Assembly (NCBI GenBank): GCA_964016885.1
Contig: OZ024744.1
Coordinates: forward strand, 47,740,001-47,804,000
Length of the DNA stretch: 64,000 bases
Source: Eledone cirrhosa
Taxonomy: Eukaryota
Direction: 5' to 3'
The stretch's first letter is position 1; each line of letters opens with the position of its first letter. The notes beneath the pieces were generated by a model that was given only the letters and a program-made list of their open reading frames with translations, had not been told where the DNA came from and made no database searches. Of this stretch, positions 47,701-61,300 are shown piece after piece. Position numbers and translations under genes: made by a program.

Positions 47701-50700
47701 TCAAGACCAGAACACCAACCACATTAGACTATCAAAACCAGAACACCAACCACATCACATTAGACTATCAAGACCAGAACACCAACCACATTAGACTATC
47801 AAGACCAGAACACCAACCACATCACATTAGAATATCCAGACCAGAACACCTACCATATCACATTAGACTATCAAGACCTGAACACCAACCACATCACATT
47901 AGACTATCAAGACCAGAACACCAACAACATCACATTAGACTATCAAGACCAGAACACCAACCACATTAGACTATCAAGAACATAACACCAACAACATTAG
48001 ACTATCAAGAACATAACACCAACCACATTAGACTATCAAGAACAGAACACCAACCACATTAGTCTATCAAGAACAGAACACCAACCACATTAGACTATCA
48101 AGACCAGAGCACCAACAACATCACATTAGCCTATCAACAACAGAACACCAACCACATTAGACTATCAAGACCAGAACACCAACCACATTAGACTATCAAG
48201 ACCAGAACACCAACCACATCACATTAGACTATCAAGACCAGAACACCAACCACATTAGACTATCAACACCAGAACACCAACCACATCACATTAGAATATC
48301 AAGACCAGAACACCAACCACATCACATTAGACTATCAAGACCTGAACACCAACCACATCACATTAGACTATCAAGACCAGAACACCAACCACATTAGACT
48401 ATCAAGAACATAACACCAGCAACATTAGACTATCAAGACCATAACACCAACCACATTAGACTATCAAGAACAGAACACCAACCACATTAGACTATCAAGA
48501 CCAGAACACCAACAACAATAGACTATCAAGACCAGAACACCAACCACATTAGACTATCAAGAACAGAACACCAACCACATTAGACTATCAAGACCAGAAC
48601 ACCAACCACATTAGACTATCAAGAACAGAACACCAACCACATTAGACTATCAAGAACAGAACACCAACCACATTAGACTATCAAGACCAGAACACCAACC
48701 ACATTAGACTATCAAGACCAGAACACCAACCACATCACATTAGACTATCAAGACCAGAACACCAACCACATTAGACTATCAAGACCAGAACACCAACCAC
48801 ATCACATTAGACTATCAAGACCAGAACACCAACAACATCACATTAGACTATCAAGACCAGAACACCAACCACATTAGACTATCAAGAACAGAACACCAAC
48901 AACATTAGACTATCAAGACCATAACACCAACCACATTAGACTATCAAGAACAGAACACCAACCACATTAGACTATCAAGACCAGAACACCAACAACAATA
49001 GACTATCAAGACCAGAACACCAACCACATTAGACTATCAAGAACAGAACACCAACCACATTAGACTATCAAGACCAGAACACCAACCACATTAGACTATC
49101 AAGAACAGAAAACCAACCACATTAGACTATCAAGAACAGAACACCAACCACATTAGACTATCAAGACCAGAACACCAACCACATCACATTAGCCTATCAA
49201 GAACAGAACACCAACCACATTAGACTATCAAGACCAGAAGACCAACCACATTAGACTATCAAAACCAGAACACCAACCACATCACATTAGACTATCAAGA
49301 CCAGAACAGCACCCACATTAGACTATCAAGACCAGAACACCAACCACATCACATTAGAATATCAAGACCAGAACACCAACCATATCACATTAGACTATCA
49401 AGACCTGAACACCAACCACATCACATTAGACTATCAAGACCAGAACACCAACAACATCACATTAGACTATCAAGACCAGAACACCAACCACATTAGACTA
49501 TCAAGAACATAACACCAACAACATTAGACTATCAAGACCATAACACCAACCACATTAGACTATCAAGAACAGAATACCAACCACATTAGACTATCAAGAC
49601 CAGAACACCAACAACAAAAGACTATCAAGACCCGAACACCAACCACATTAGACTATCAAGAACAGAACACCAACCACATTAGACTATCAAGAACAGAACA
49701 CCAACCACATTAGACTATCAAGAACAGAACACCAACCACATTAGACTATCAAGACCAGAACACCAACCACATCACATTAGCCTATCAAGAACAGAACACC
49801 AACCACATTAGACTATCAAGACCAGAACACCAACCACATTAGACTATCAAGACAAGAACACCAACCACTTCACATTAGACTATCAAGACCAGAACACCAA
49901 CCACATTAGACTATCAAGACCAGAACACCAACCACATCACATTAGAATATCAAGACCAGAACACCAACCACATCACATTAGACTATCAAGACCTGAACAC
50001 CAACCACATCACATTAGACTATCAAGACCAGAACACCAACAACATCACATTAGACTATCAAGACCAGAACACCAACCACATTAGACTATCAAGAACAGAA
50101 CACCAACAACATTAGACTATCAGGACCATAACACCAACCACATTAGACTATCAAGAACAGAACACCAACCACATTAGACTATCAAGACCAGAACACCAAC
50201 AACATTAGACTATCAAGACCAGAACACCAACCACATTAGACTATCAAGGACAGAACACCAACCATATTAGACTATCAAGACCAGAACACCAACCACATTA
50301 GACTATCAAGAACAGAACACCAACCACATTAGACTATCAAGAACAGAACACCAACCACATTAGACTATCAAGACCAGAACACCAACCACATCACATTAGC
50401 CTATCAAGAACAGAACACCAACCACATTAGACTATCAAGACCAGAACACCAACCACATTAGACTATCAAGAACAGAACACAAACCACATTAGACTATCAA
50501 GACCAGAACACCAACCACATTAGACTATCAAGACCAGAACACCAAACACATTACACTATCAAGAACAGAACACCAACCACATTAGACTATCAAGAACAGA
50601 ACACCAACCACATTAGACTATCAAGAACAGAACACCAACCACATTAGACTATCAAGAACAGAACACCAACCACATTAGACTATCAAGACCATAACACCAA

Positions 50701-53554
50701 CCACATTAGACTATCAAGACCATAACACCAACCACATTAGACTATCAAGACCAGAACAACAACTAGATCACATTAGACTATCAAGACCAGAACATCAACA
50801 ATATCATTTTAGACTATCAAGACCAGAACACCAACAACATAACATTAGACTATCAAGACCAGAACACCAACCACATCACATTAGACTATCAAGACCAGAA
50901 CACCAACCACATCACATTAGACTATCAAGACCAGAACACCAACCACATCACATTAGACTATCAAGACGTGAACACCAACCACATTAGACTATCAAGACCA
51001 GAACACCAACCACATTAGACTATCAAGACCAGAACACCAACCACATTAGACTATCAAGACCAGAACACCAACCACATCACATTAGACTATCAAGACCAGA
51101 ACACCAACCACATTAGATTTCAAGACCAGAACACCAACCACATTATACTATCAAGACCAGAACACCAACCACATCACATTAGAATATCAAGACCAGAACA
51201 CCAACCACATTAGACTATCAAGACCAGAACACCAACCACATCACATTAGACTATCAAGAACAGAACACCAACCACATCACATTAGACTATGAAGACCAGT
51301 ACACCAACCACATCACATTAGACTATCAAGACCAGAACACCAACCACATCACATTAGACTATCAAGACGTGAACACCAACCACATTAGACTATCAAGACC
51401 AGAACACCAACAACATTAGACTATCAAGACCAGAACACCAACCACATTAGACTATCAAGACCAGAACACCAACCACATCACATTAGACTATCAAGACCAG
51501 AACACCAACAACATCACATTAGACTATCAAGACCATAACACCAACCATATTAGACTATCAAGGCCAGAACACCAACCACATCACATTAGACTATCAAGAC
51601 CAGAACACCAACCACATTAGACTATCAAGACCAGAACACCAATCACATTAGACTATCAAGACCATAACACCAACCACATCACATTAGAATATCAAGACCA
51701 GAACACCAACCACATTAGAATATCAAGACCAGAACACCAACCACATCACATTAGACTATCAAGACCAGAACACCAACCACATTAGACTATCAAGAACAGA
51801 ACACCAACCACATTAGACTATCAAGAAAAGAACACCAACCACATTAGACTATCAAGACCAGAACACCAACCACATCACATTAGACTATCAAGACCAGAAC
51901 ACTAACCACATTAGACTATCAAGACCAGAACACTAACAACATCACATAGTCTATCAAGACCAGAACACCAACAACATCACATTAGACTATAAAGACCAGA
52001 ACACCAACAACATCACATTAGACTATCAAGACCAGAACACCACCCACATCACATTAGACTATCAAAACCAGAACACCAAACACATCACATAAGACTATCA
52101 AGACCAGAACACCAACCACATTAGACTACCATGACCAGAACAACAACCACATCACATTAGACTATTAAGACCAGAACACCAACCACATCACATTAGACTA
52201 TCAAGACCAGAACACCAACCACATTAGACTATCAAGACCAGAACTCCAACCACATCACATTAGACTATCAAGACCATAACACCAACCACATTAGACTATC
52301 AAGAACATAACACCAACCACATTAGACTATCAAGACCAGAACACCAACCACATTAGACTATCAAGACCAGAACACCAACCACATTAGACTATCAAGCCCA
52401 GAACACCAACCACATCACATAAGACTATCAAGACCAGAACATAAACCACATCACATTAGACTATCAAGACCAGAACACCAACCACATTAGACTATCAAGA
52501 CCAGAACACCAACCACATCACATTAGACTATCAAGACCAGAACACCAACCACATCACATTAGACTATCAAGACCAGAACACCAACCACATCACATTAGAC
52601 TATCAAGACCATAACACCAACCACATTAGACTATCAAGACCATAACACCAACCACATTAGACTATCAAGACCAGAACACCAACCACATTAGACTATCAAG
52701 ACCAAAACACCAACCACATTAGACTATCAAGACCAGAACACCAACCACATCACATAAGACTATCAAGACCAGAACATAAACCACATCACATTAGACTATC
52801 AAGACCAGAACACCAACCACATCACATTAGACTATCAAGACCAGAACACCAACCACATCACATTAGACCATCAAGACCAGAACACCAACCACATCACATT
52901 AGACTATCAAGACCAGAACACCAACCACATCACATTAGACTATCAAGACCAGAACACCAACCACATTAGACTATCAAGTCCAGAACACCAACCACATTAG
53001 ACTATCAAGACCAGAACACCAACCACATTAGACTATCAAGACCAGAACACCAACCACATCACATAAGACTATCAAGACCAGAACATAAACCACATCACAT
53101 TAGACTATCAAGACCAGAACACCAACCACATCACATTAGACTATCAAGACCAGAACACCAACCACATCACATTAGACTATCAAGACCAGAACACTAACCA
53201 CATTAGACTATCAAGACCAGAACACCAACCACATTAGACTATCAAGACCAGAACACCAACCACATTAGACTATCAAGACCAGAACACCAACCACATTAGA
53301 CTATCAAGACCAGAACTCCAACCACATTAGACTATCAAGACCAGAACACCAACCACATCACATTAGACTATCAAGACCAGAACACCAACCACATTAGACT
53401 ATCAAGACCAGAACACCAACAATATCATTTTAGACTATCAAGACCAGAACACCAACCACATTAGACTATCAAGACCAGAACACCAACAACATTAGACTAT
53501 CAAGACCAGAACACCAACCACATCACATTAGACTATCAAGACCAGAACACCAAC
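41787..53554. repeat. ~5.9-kb tandem duplication inside HOR B1 (5,835-bp and 5,933-bp copies)
   Basis: CACGTTA at 41787, 47622 and 53555; CACCTACC 42012/47847; ACTAGATC 44829/50762. The first copy lacks 98 bp (S+L+S) near 42,325. Confidence 0.9.
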
Positions 53555-55374
53555 CACGTTAGACTATCAAGACCAGAACACCAACCACATCACATTTGAC
53601 TATCAAGACCAGAACACCAACCACATCACATTAGACTATCAAGACCAGAACACAAACCACATCACATTAGACTATCAAGACCAGAACACCAACCACATTA
53701 CATTAGACTATCAAGACCAGAACACCAACCACATTAGACTATCAAGACCAGAACTCCAACCACATTAGACTATCAAGAGAAGAACACCAACCACATCACA
53801 TTAGACTATCAAGACCAGAACACCAACCACATTAGACTATCAAGACCAGAACTCCAACCACATTAGACTATCAAGACCAGAACACCAACAACATTAGACT
53901 ATCAACACCAGAACACCAACCACATTAGACTATCAAGACCAGAACTCCAACCACATTAGACTATCAAGACCAGAACACCAACCACATTAGACTATCAAGA
54001 CCAGAACACCAACCACATCACATTTGACTATCAAGACCAGAACACCAACCACATCACATTAGACTATCAAGACCAGAAAACCAACCACATCACATTAGAC
54101 TATCAAGACCAGAACACCAACCACATCACATTAGAATATCAAGACCAGAACACCAACCACATTAGACTATCAAGACCAGAACACCAACCACATCACATTA
54201 GACTATCAAGACCAGAACACCAACCACATTATACTATCAAGACCAGAACACCAACCACATTAGACTATCAAGACCAGAACACCAACCACATCACATTAGA
54301 CTATCAAGACCAGAACACCAACCACATTAGACTATCAAGACCAGAACACCAACCACATTAGACTATCAAGACCAGAACACCAACCACATTAGACTATCAA
54401 GACCAGAACACCAACCACATCACATTAGACTATCAAGACCAGAACACCAACCACATTAGACTATCAAGACCAGAAGACCAACCACATTAGACTATCAAGA
54501 CCAGAACACCAACCACATTAGACTATCAAGACCAGAACACCAACCACATCACATTAGACTATCAAGACCAGAACACCAACCACATTAGACTATCAAGACC
54601 AGAACACCAACCACATCAGATAAGACTATCCTGACCAGAACACCAACCACATCACATTAGATTATCAAGACCAGAACACCAACCACATCACATTAGACTG
54701 TCAAGACCAGAACACCAACCACATTAGACTATCATGACCAGAACACCAACCACATTAGACTATCAAGACCATAACACCAACCACATCACATCAGACTATC
54801 AAGAGCAGAACACCAACCACATTAGACTATCAAGACCAGAACACCAACCACATTAGACTATCAAGACCAGAACACCAACCACATTAGACTATCAAGACCA
54901 GAACACCAACCACATTAGACTATCAAGACCAGAACACCAACCACATTAGACTATCAAGACCAGAACACCAACCACATTAGACTATCAAGACCAGAACACC
55001 AACCACATTAGACTATCAAGACCAGAACACCAACCACATCACATAAGACTATCAAGACCAGAACATAAACCACATCACTTTAGACTATCAAGACCAGAAC
55101 ACCAACCACATCACATTAGACTATCAAGACCAGAACACCAACCACATCACATTAGACTATCAAGACCTGAACACCAACCACATCACATTAGACTATCAAG
55201 ACCAGAACACCAACAACATCACATTAGACTATCAAAACCAGAACACCAACCACATTAGACTATCAAGAACAGAACACCAACAACATTAGACTATCAAGAC
55301 CATAACACCAACCACATTAGACTATCAAGAACAGAACACCAACCACATTAGACTATCAAGACCAGAACACCAAC

Positions 55375-58300
55375 CACAATAGGCTATCAAGACCAGAACA
55401 CCAACCACATTAGACTATCAATAACAGAACACCAACCACATTAGACTATCAAGACAAGAACACCAACCACATTAGACTATCAAAACCAGAACACCAACCA
55501 CATCACATTAGACTATCAAGACCAGAACACCAACCACATTAGACTATCAAGACCAGAACACCAACCACATCACATTAGAATATCCAGACCAGAACACCAA
55601 CCATATCACATTAGACTATCAAGACCTGAACACCAACAACATCACATTAGACTATCAAGACCAGAACACCAACAACATCACATTAGACTATCAAGACCAG
55701 AACACCAACCACATTAGACTATCAAGAACATAACACCAACAACATTAGACTATCAAGAACATAACACCAACCACATTAGACTATCAAGAACAGAACACCA
55801 ACCACATTAGACTATCAAGAACAGAATACCAACCACATTAGACTATCAAGACCAGAACACCAACAACATCACATTAGCCTATCAAGAACAGAACACCAAC
55901 CACATTAGACTATCAAGACCAGAACACCAACCACATTAGACTATCAAGACCAGAACACCAACCACATCACATTAGACTATCAAGACCAGAACACCAACCA
56001 CATTAGACTATCAAGACCAGAACACCAACCACATCACATTAGAATATCAAGACCAGAACACCAATCACATCATATTAGACTATCAAGACCTGAACACCAA
56101 CCACATCACATTAGACTATCAACACCAGAACACCAACAACATCACATTAGACTATCAAGACCAGAACACCAACCACATTAGACTATCAAGAACATAACAC
56201 AAGCAACATTAGACTATCAAGACCATAACACCAACCACATTAGACTATCAAGAACAGAACACCAACCACATTAGACTATCAAGACCAGAACACCAACAAC
56301 AATAGACTATCAAGACCAGAACACCAACCACATTAGACTATCAAGAACAGAACACCAACCATATTAGACTATCAAGACCAGAACACCAACCACATTAGAC
56401 TATCAAGAACAGAACACCAACCACATTAGACTATCAAGAACAGAACACCAACCACATTAGACTATCAAGACCAGAACAACAACCACATTAGACTATCAAG
56501 ACCAGAACACCAACCACATCACATTAGACTATCAAGACCAGAACACCAACCACATTAGACTATCAAGACCAGAACACCAACCACATCACATTAGACTATC
56601 AAGACCAGAACACCAACCACATCACATTAGACTATCAAGACCTGAACACCAACCTCATCACATTAGACTATCAAGACCAGAACACCAACAACATCACATT
56701 AGACTATCAAGACCAGAACACCAACCACATTAGACTATCAAGAACAGAACACCAACAACATTAGACTATCAAGACCATAACACCAACCACATTAGACTAT
56801 CAAGAACAGAACACCAACCACATTAGACTATCAAGACCAGAACACCAACAACAATAGACTATCAAGACCAGAACACCAACCACATTAGACTATCAAGAAC
56901 AGAACACCAACCACATTAGACTATCAAGACCAGACCACCAACCACATTAGACTATCAAGAACAGAATACCAACCACATTAGACTATCAAGAACAGAACAC
57001 CAACCACATTAGACTATCAAGACCAGAACACCAACCACATCACATTAGCCTATCAAGAACAGAACACCAACCACATTAGACTATCAAGACCAGAACACCA
57101 ACCACATTAGACTATCAAAACCAGAACACCAACCACATCACATTAGACTATCAAGACCAGAACACCACCCACATTAGACTATCAAGACCAGAACACCAAC
57201 CACATCACATTAGAATATCAAGACCAGAACACCAACCATATCACATTAGACTATCAAGACCTGAACACCAACCACATCACATTAGACTATCAAGAACAGA
57301 ACACCAACAACATTAGACTATCAAGACCATAACACCCACCACATTAGACTATCTAGAACAGAATACCAACCACATTAGACTATCAAGACCAGAACACCAA
57401 CAACAATAGACTATCAAGACCAGAACACCAACCACATTAGACTATCAAGAACAGAACACCAACCACATTAGACTATCAAGACCAGAACACCAACCACATT
57501 AGACTATCAAGAACAGAACACCAACCACACTAGACTATCAAGAACAGAACACCAACCACATTAGTCTATCAAGACCAGAACACCAACCACATCACATTAG
57601 CCTATCAAGAACAGAACACCAACCACATTAGACTATCAAGACCAGAACACCAACCACATTAGACTATCAAGACCAGAACACCAACCACATCAGATTAGAC
57701 TATCCTGACCAGAACACCAACCACATTAGACTATCAAGAACAGAACTCCAACCACATTACACTATCAAGACCAGAACACCAACCACATCACATTAGACTA
57801 TCAAGACCAGAACACCAACCACATCACATTAGACTATCAAGACCAGAACACCAACCACATTAGACTATCATGACCAGAACACCAACCACATTAGACTATC
57901 AAGACCATAACACCAACCACATCACATCAGACTATCAAGAGCAGAACACCAACCACATTAGACTATCAAGACCAGAACACCAACCACATTTGACTATCAA
58001 GACCAGAACACCAACCACATTAGACTATCAAGACCAGAACACCAACCACATTAGACTATCAAGACCAGAACACCAACCACATTAGACTATCAAGACCAGA
58101 ACACCAACCACATTAGACTATCAAGACCAGAACACCAACCACATTAGACTATCAAGACCAGAACACCAACCACATCACATAAGACTATCAAGACCAGAAC
58201 ATAAACCACATCACATTAGACTATCAAGACCAGAACACCAACCACATCACATTAGACTATCAAGACCAGAACACCAACCACATCACATTAGACTATCAAG

Positions 58301-61300
58301 ACCTGAACACCAACCACATCACATTAGACTATCAAGACCAGAACACCAACAACATCACATTAGACTATCAAGACCAGAACACCAACCACATTAGACTATC
58401 AAGAACAGAACACCAACAACATTAGACTATCAAGACCATAACACCAACCACATTAGACTATCAAGAACAGAACACCAACCATATTAGACTATCAAGACCA
58501 GAACACCAACAACAATAGACTATCAAGACCAGAACACCAACCACATTAGACTATCAAGAACAGAACACCAACCACATTAGACTATCAAGACAAGAACACC
58601 AACCACATTAGAGTATCAAGAACAGAACACCAACCACATTAGACTATCAAGAACAGAACACCAACCACATTAGACTATCAAGACCAGAACACCAACCACA
58701 TCACATTAGCCTATCAAGAACAGAACACCAACCACATTAGACTATCAAGACCAGAACTCCAACCACATTAGACTATCAAAACCAGAACACCAACCACATC
58801 ACATTAGACTATCAAGACCAGAACACCAACCACATTAGACTATCAAGACCAGAACACCAACCACATCACATTAGAATATCCAGACCAGAACACCAACCAT
58901 ATCACATTAGACTATCAAGATCTGAACACCAACCACATCACATTAGAATATCAAGACCAGAACACCAACAACATCACATTAGACTATCAAGACCAGAACA
59001 CCAACCACATTAGACTATCAAGAACATAACACCAACAACATTAGACTATCAAGACCAGAACACCAACAACATTAGACTATCAAGACCAGAACACCAACCA
59101 CATTAGACTATCAAGAACAGAACACCAACCACATTAGACTATCAAGAACAGAACACCAACCACATTAGACTATCAAGACCAGAACACCAACAACATCATA
59201 TTAGCCTATCAAGAACAGAACACCAACCACATTAGACTATCAAGACCAGAACACCAACCACATTAGACTATCAAGACCAGAACACCAACCACATCACATT
59301 AGACTATCAATACCAGAACACCAACCACATTAGACTATCAAGACCAGAACACCAACCACATCACATTAGAATATCAAGACCAGAACACCAACCACATCAC
59401 ATTAGACTATCAGGACCTGAACACCAACCACATCACATTAGACTATCAACACCAGAACACCAACAACATCACATTAGACTATCAAGACCAGAACACCAAC
59501 CACATTAGACTATCAAGAACATAACACCAGCAACATTAGACTGTCAAGACCATAACACCAACCACATTAGACTATCAAGAACAGAACACCAACCACATTA
59601 GACTATCAAGACCAGAACACCAACCACATTAGACTATCAAGACCAGAACACCAACCACATCACATAAGACTATCAAGACCAGAACATAAACCACATCACA
59701 TTAGACTATCAAGACCAGAACACCAACCACATCACATTAGACTATCAAGACCAGAATACCAACCACATCACATTAGACTATCAAGACCAGAACACTAACC
59801 CCATTAGACTATCAAGACCAGAACACCAACCACATTAGACTATCAAGACCAGAACACCAACCACATTAAACTATCAAGACCAGAACACCAACCACATTAG
59901 ACTATCAAGACCAGAACTCCAACCACATTAGACTATCAAGACCAGAACACCAACCACATCACATTAGACTATCAAGACCAGAACACCAACCACATTAGAC
60001 TATCAAGACCAGAACACCAACAATATCATTTTAGACTATCAAGACCAGAACACCAACCACATTAGACTATCAAGACCAGAACACCAACAACATTAGACTA
60101 TCAAGACCAGAACACCAACCACATCACATTAGACTATCAAGACCAGAACACCAACCACGTTAGACTATCAAGACCAGAACACCAACCACATCACATTAGC
60201 CTATCAAGAACAGAACACCAACCACATTAGACTATCAAGACCAGAACACCAACCACATTAGACTATCAAAACCAGAACACCAACCACATCACATTAGACT
60301 ATCAAGACCAGAACACCAACCACATTAGACTATCAAGACCAGAACACCAACCACATCACATTAGAATATCCAGACCAGAACACCTACCATATCACATTAG
60401 ACTATCAAGACCTGAACACCAACCACATCACATTAGACTATCAAGACCAGAACACCAACAACATCACATTAGACTATCAAGACCAGAACACCAACCACAT
60501 TAGACTATCAAGAACATAACACCAACAACATTAGACTATCAAGAACATAACACCAACCACATTAGACTATCAAGAACAGAACACCAACCACATTAGTCTA
60601 TCAAGAACAGAACACCAACCACATTAGACTATCAAGACCAGAGCACCAACAACATCACATTAGCCTATCAACAACAGAACACCAACCACATTAGACTATC
60701 AAGACCAGAACACCAACCACATTAGACTATCAAGACCAGAACACCAACCACATCACATTAGACTATCAAGACCAGAACACCAACCACATTAGACTATCAA
60801 CACCAGAACACCAACCACATCACATTAGAATATCAAGACCAGAACACCAACCACATCACATTAGACTATCAAGACCTGAACACCAACCACATCACATTAG
60901 ACTATCAAGACCAGAACACCAACCACATTAGACTATCAAGAACATAACACCAGCAACATTAGACTATCAAGACCATAACACCAACCACATTAGACTATCA
61001 AGAACAGAACACCAACCACATTAGACTATCAAGACCAGAACACCAACAACAATAGACTATCAAGACCAGAACACCAACCACATTAGACTATCAAGAACAG
61101 AACACCAACCACATTAGACTATCAAGACCAGAACACCAACCACATTAGACTATCAAGAACAGAACACCAACCACATTAGACTATCAAGAACAGAACACCA
61201 ACCACATTAGACTATCAAGACCAGAACACCAACCACATTAGACTATCAAGACCAGAACACCAACCACATCACATTAGACTATCAAGACCAGAACACCAAC

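Larger units (their letters stand above)
35386..55374. repeat. Higher-order repeat copy B1 (19,989 bp; contains two internal tandem duplications)
   Basis: Bounded by marker CACAATAGGC at 35386 and 55375. CAAGAGAAGA at 33785/53774 gives the same 19,989 offset. Carries B-specific variants (AACCTCATC, CAAGCAAC, GACTGTCAAGACCAT). Confidence 0.88.

Noticed and set aside
57352-57357. Single TCTAGA (XbaI) palindrome
   Set aside because: A one-off A>T substitution in one monomer. It is useful only as a mapping landmark, with no evidence of function.
57870-58085. 71-aa ORF (MTRTPTTLDYQDHNTN...) from the ORF track
   Set aside because: It is translated satellite. The ATG comes from a TCATGA variant monomer and read-through from two variants that remove the TAG (CATCAGAC, CATTTGAC). 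Orthologous positions in other HOR copies stop earlier, and the peptide simply cycles through the three frames of the monomer.
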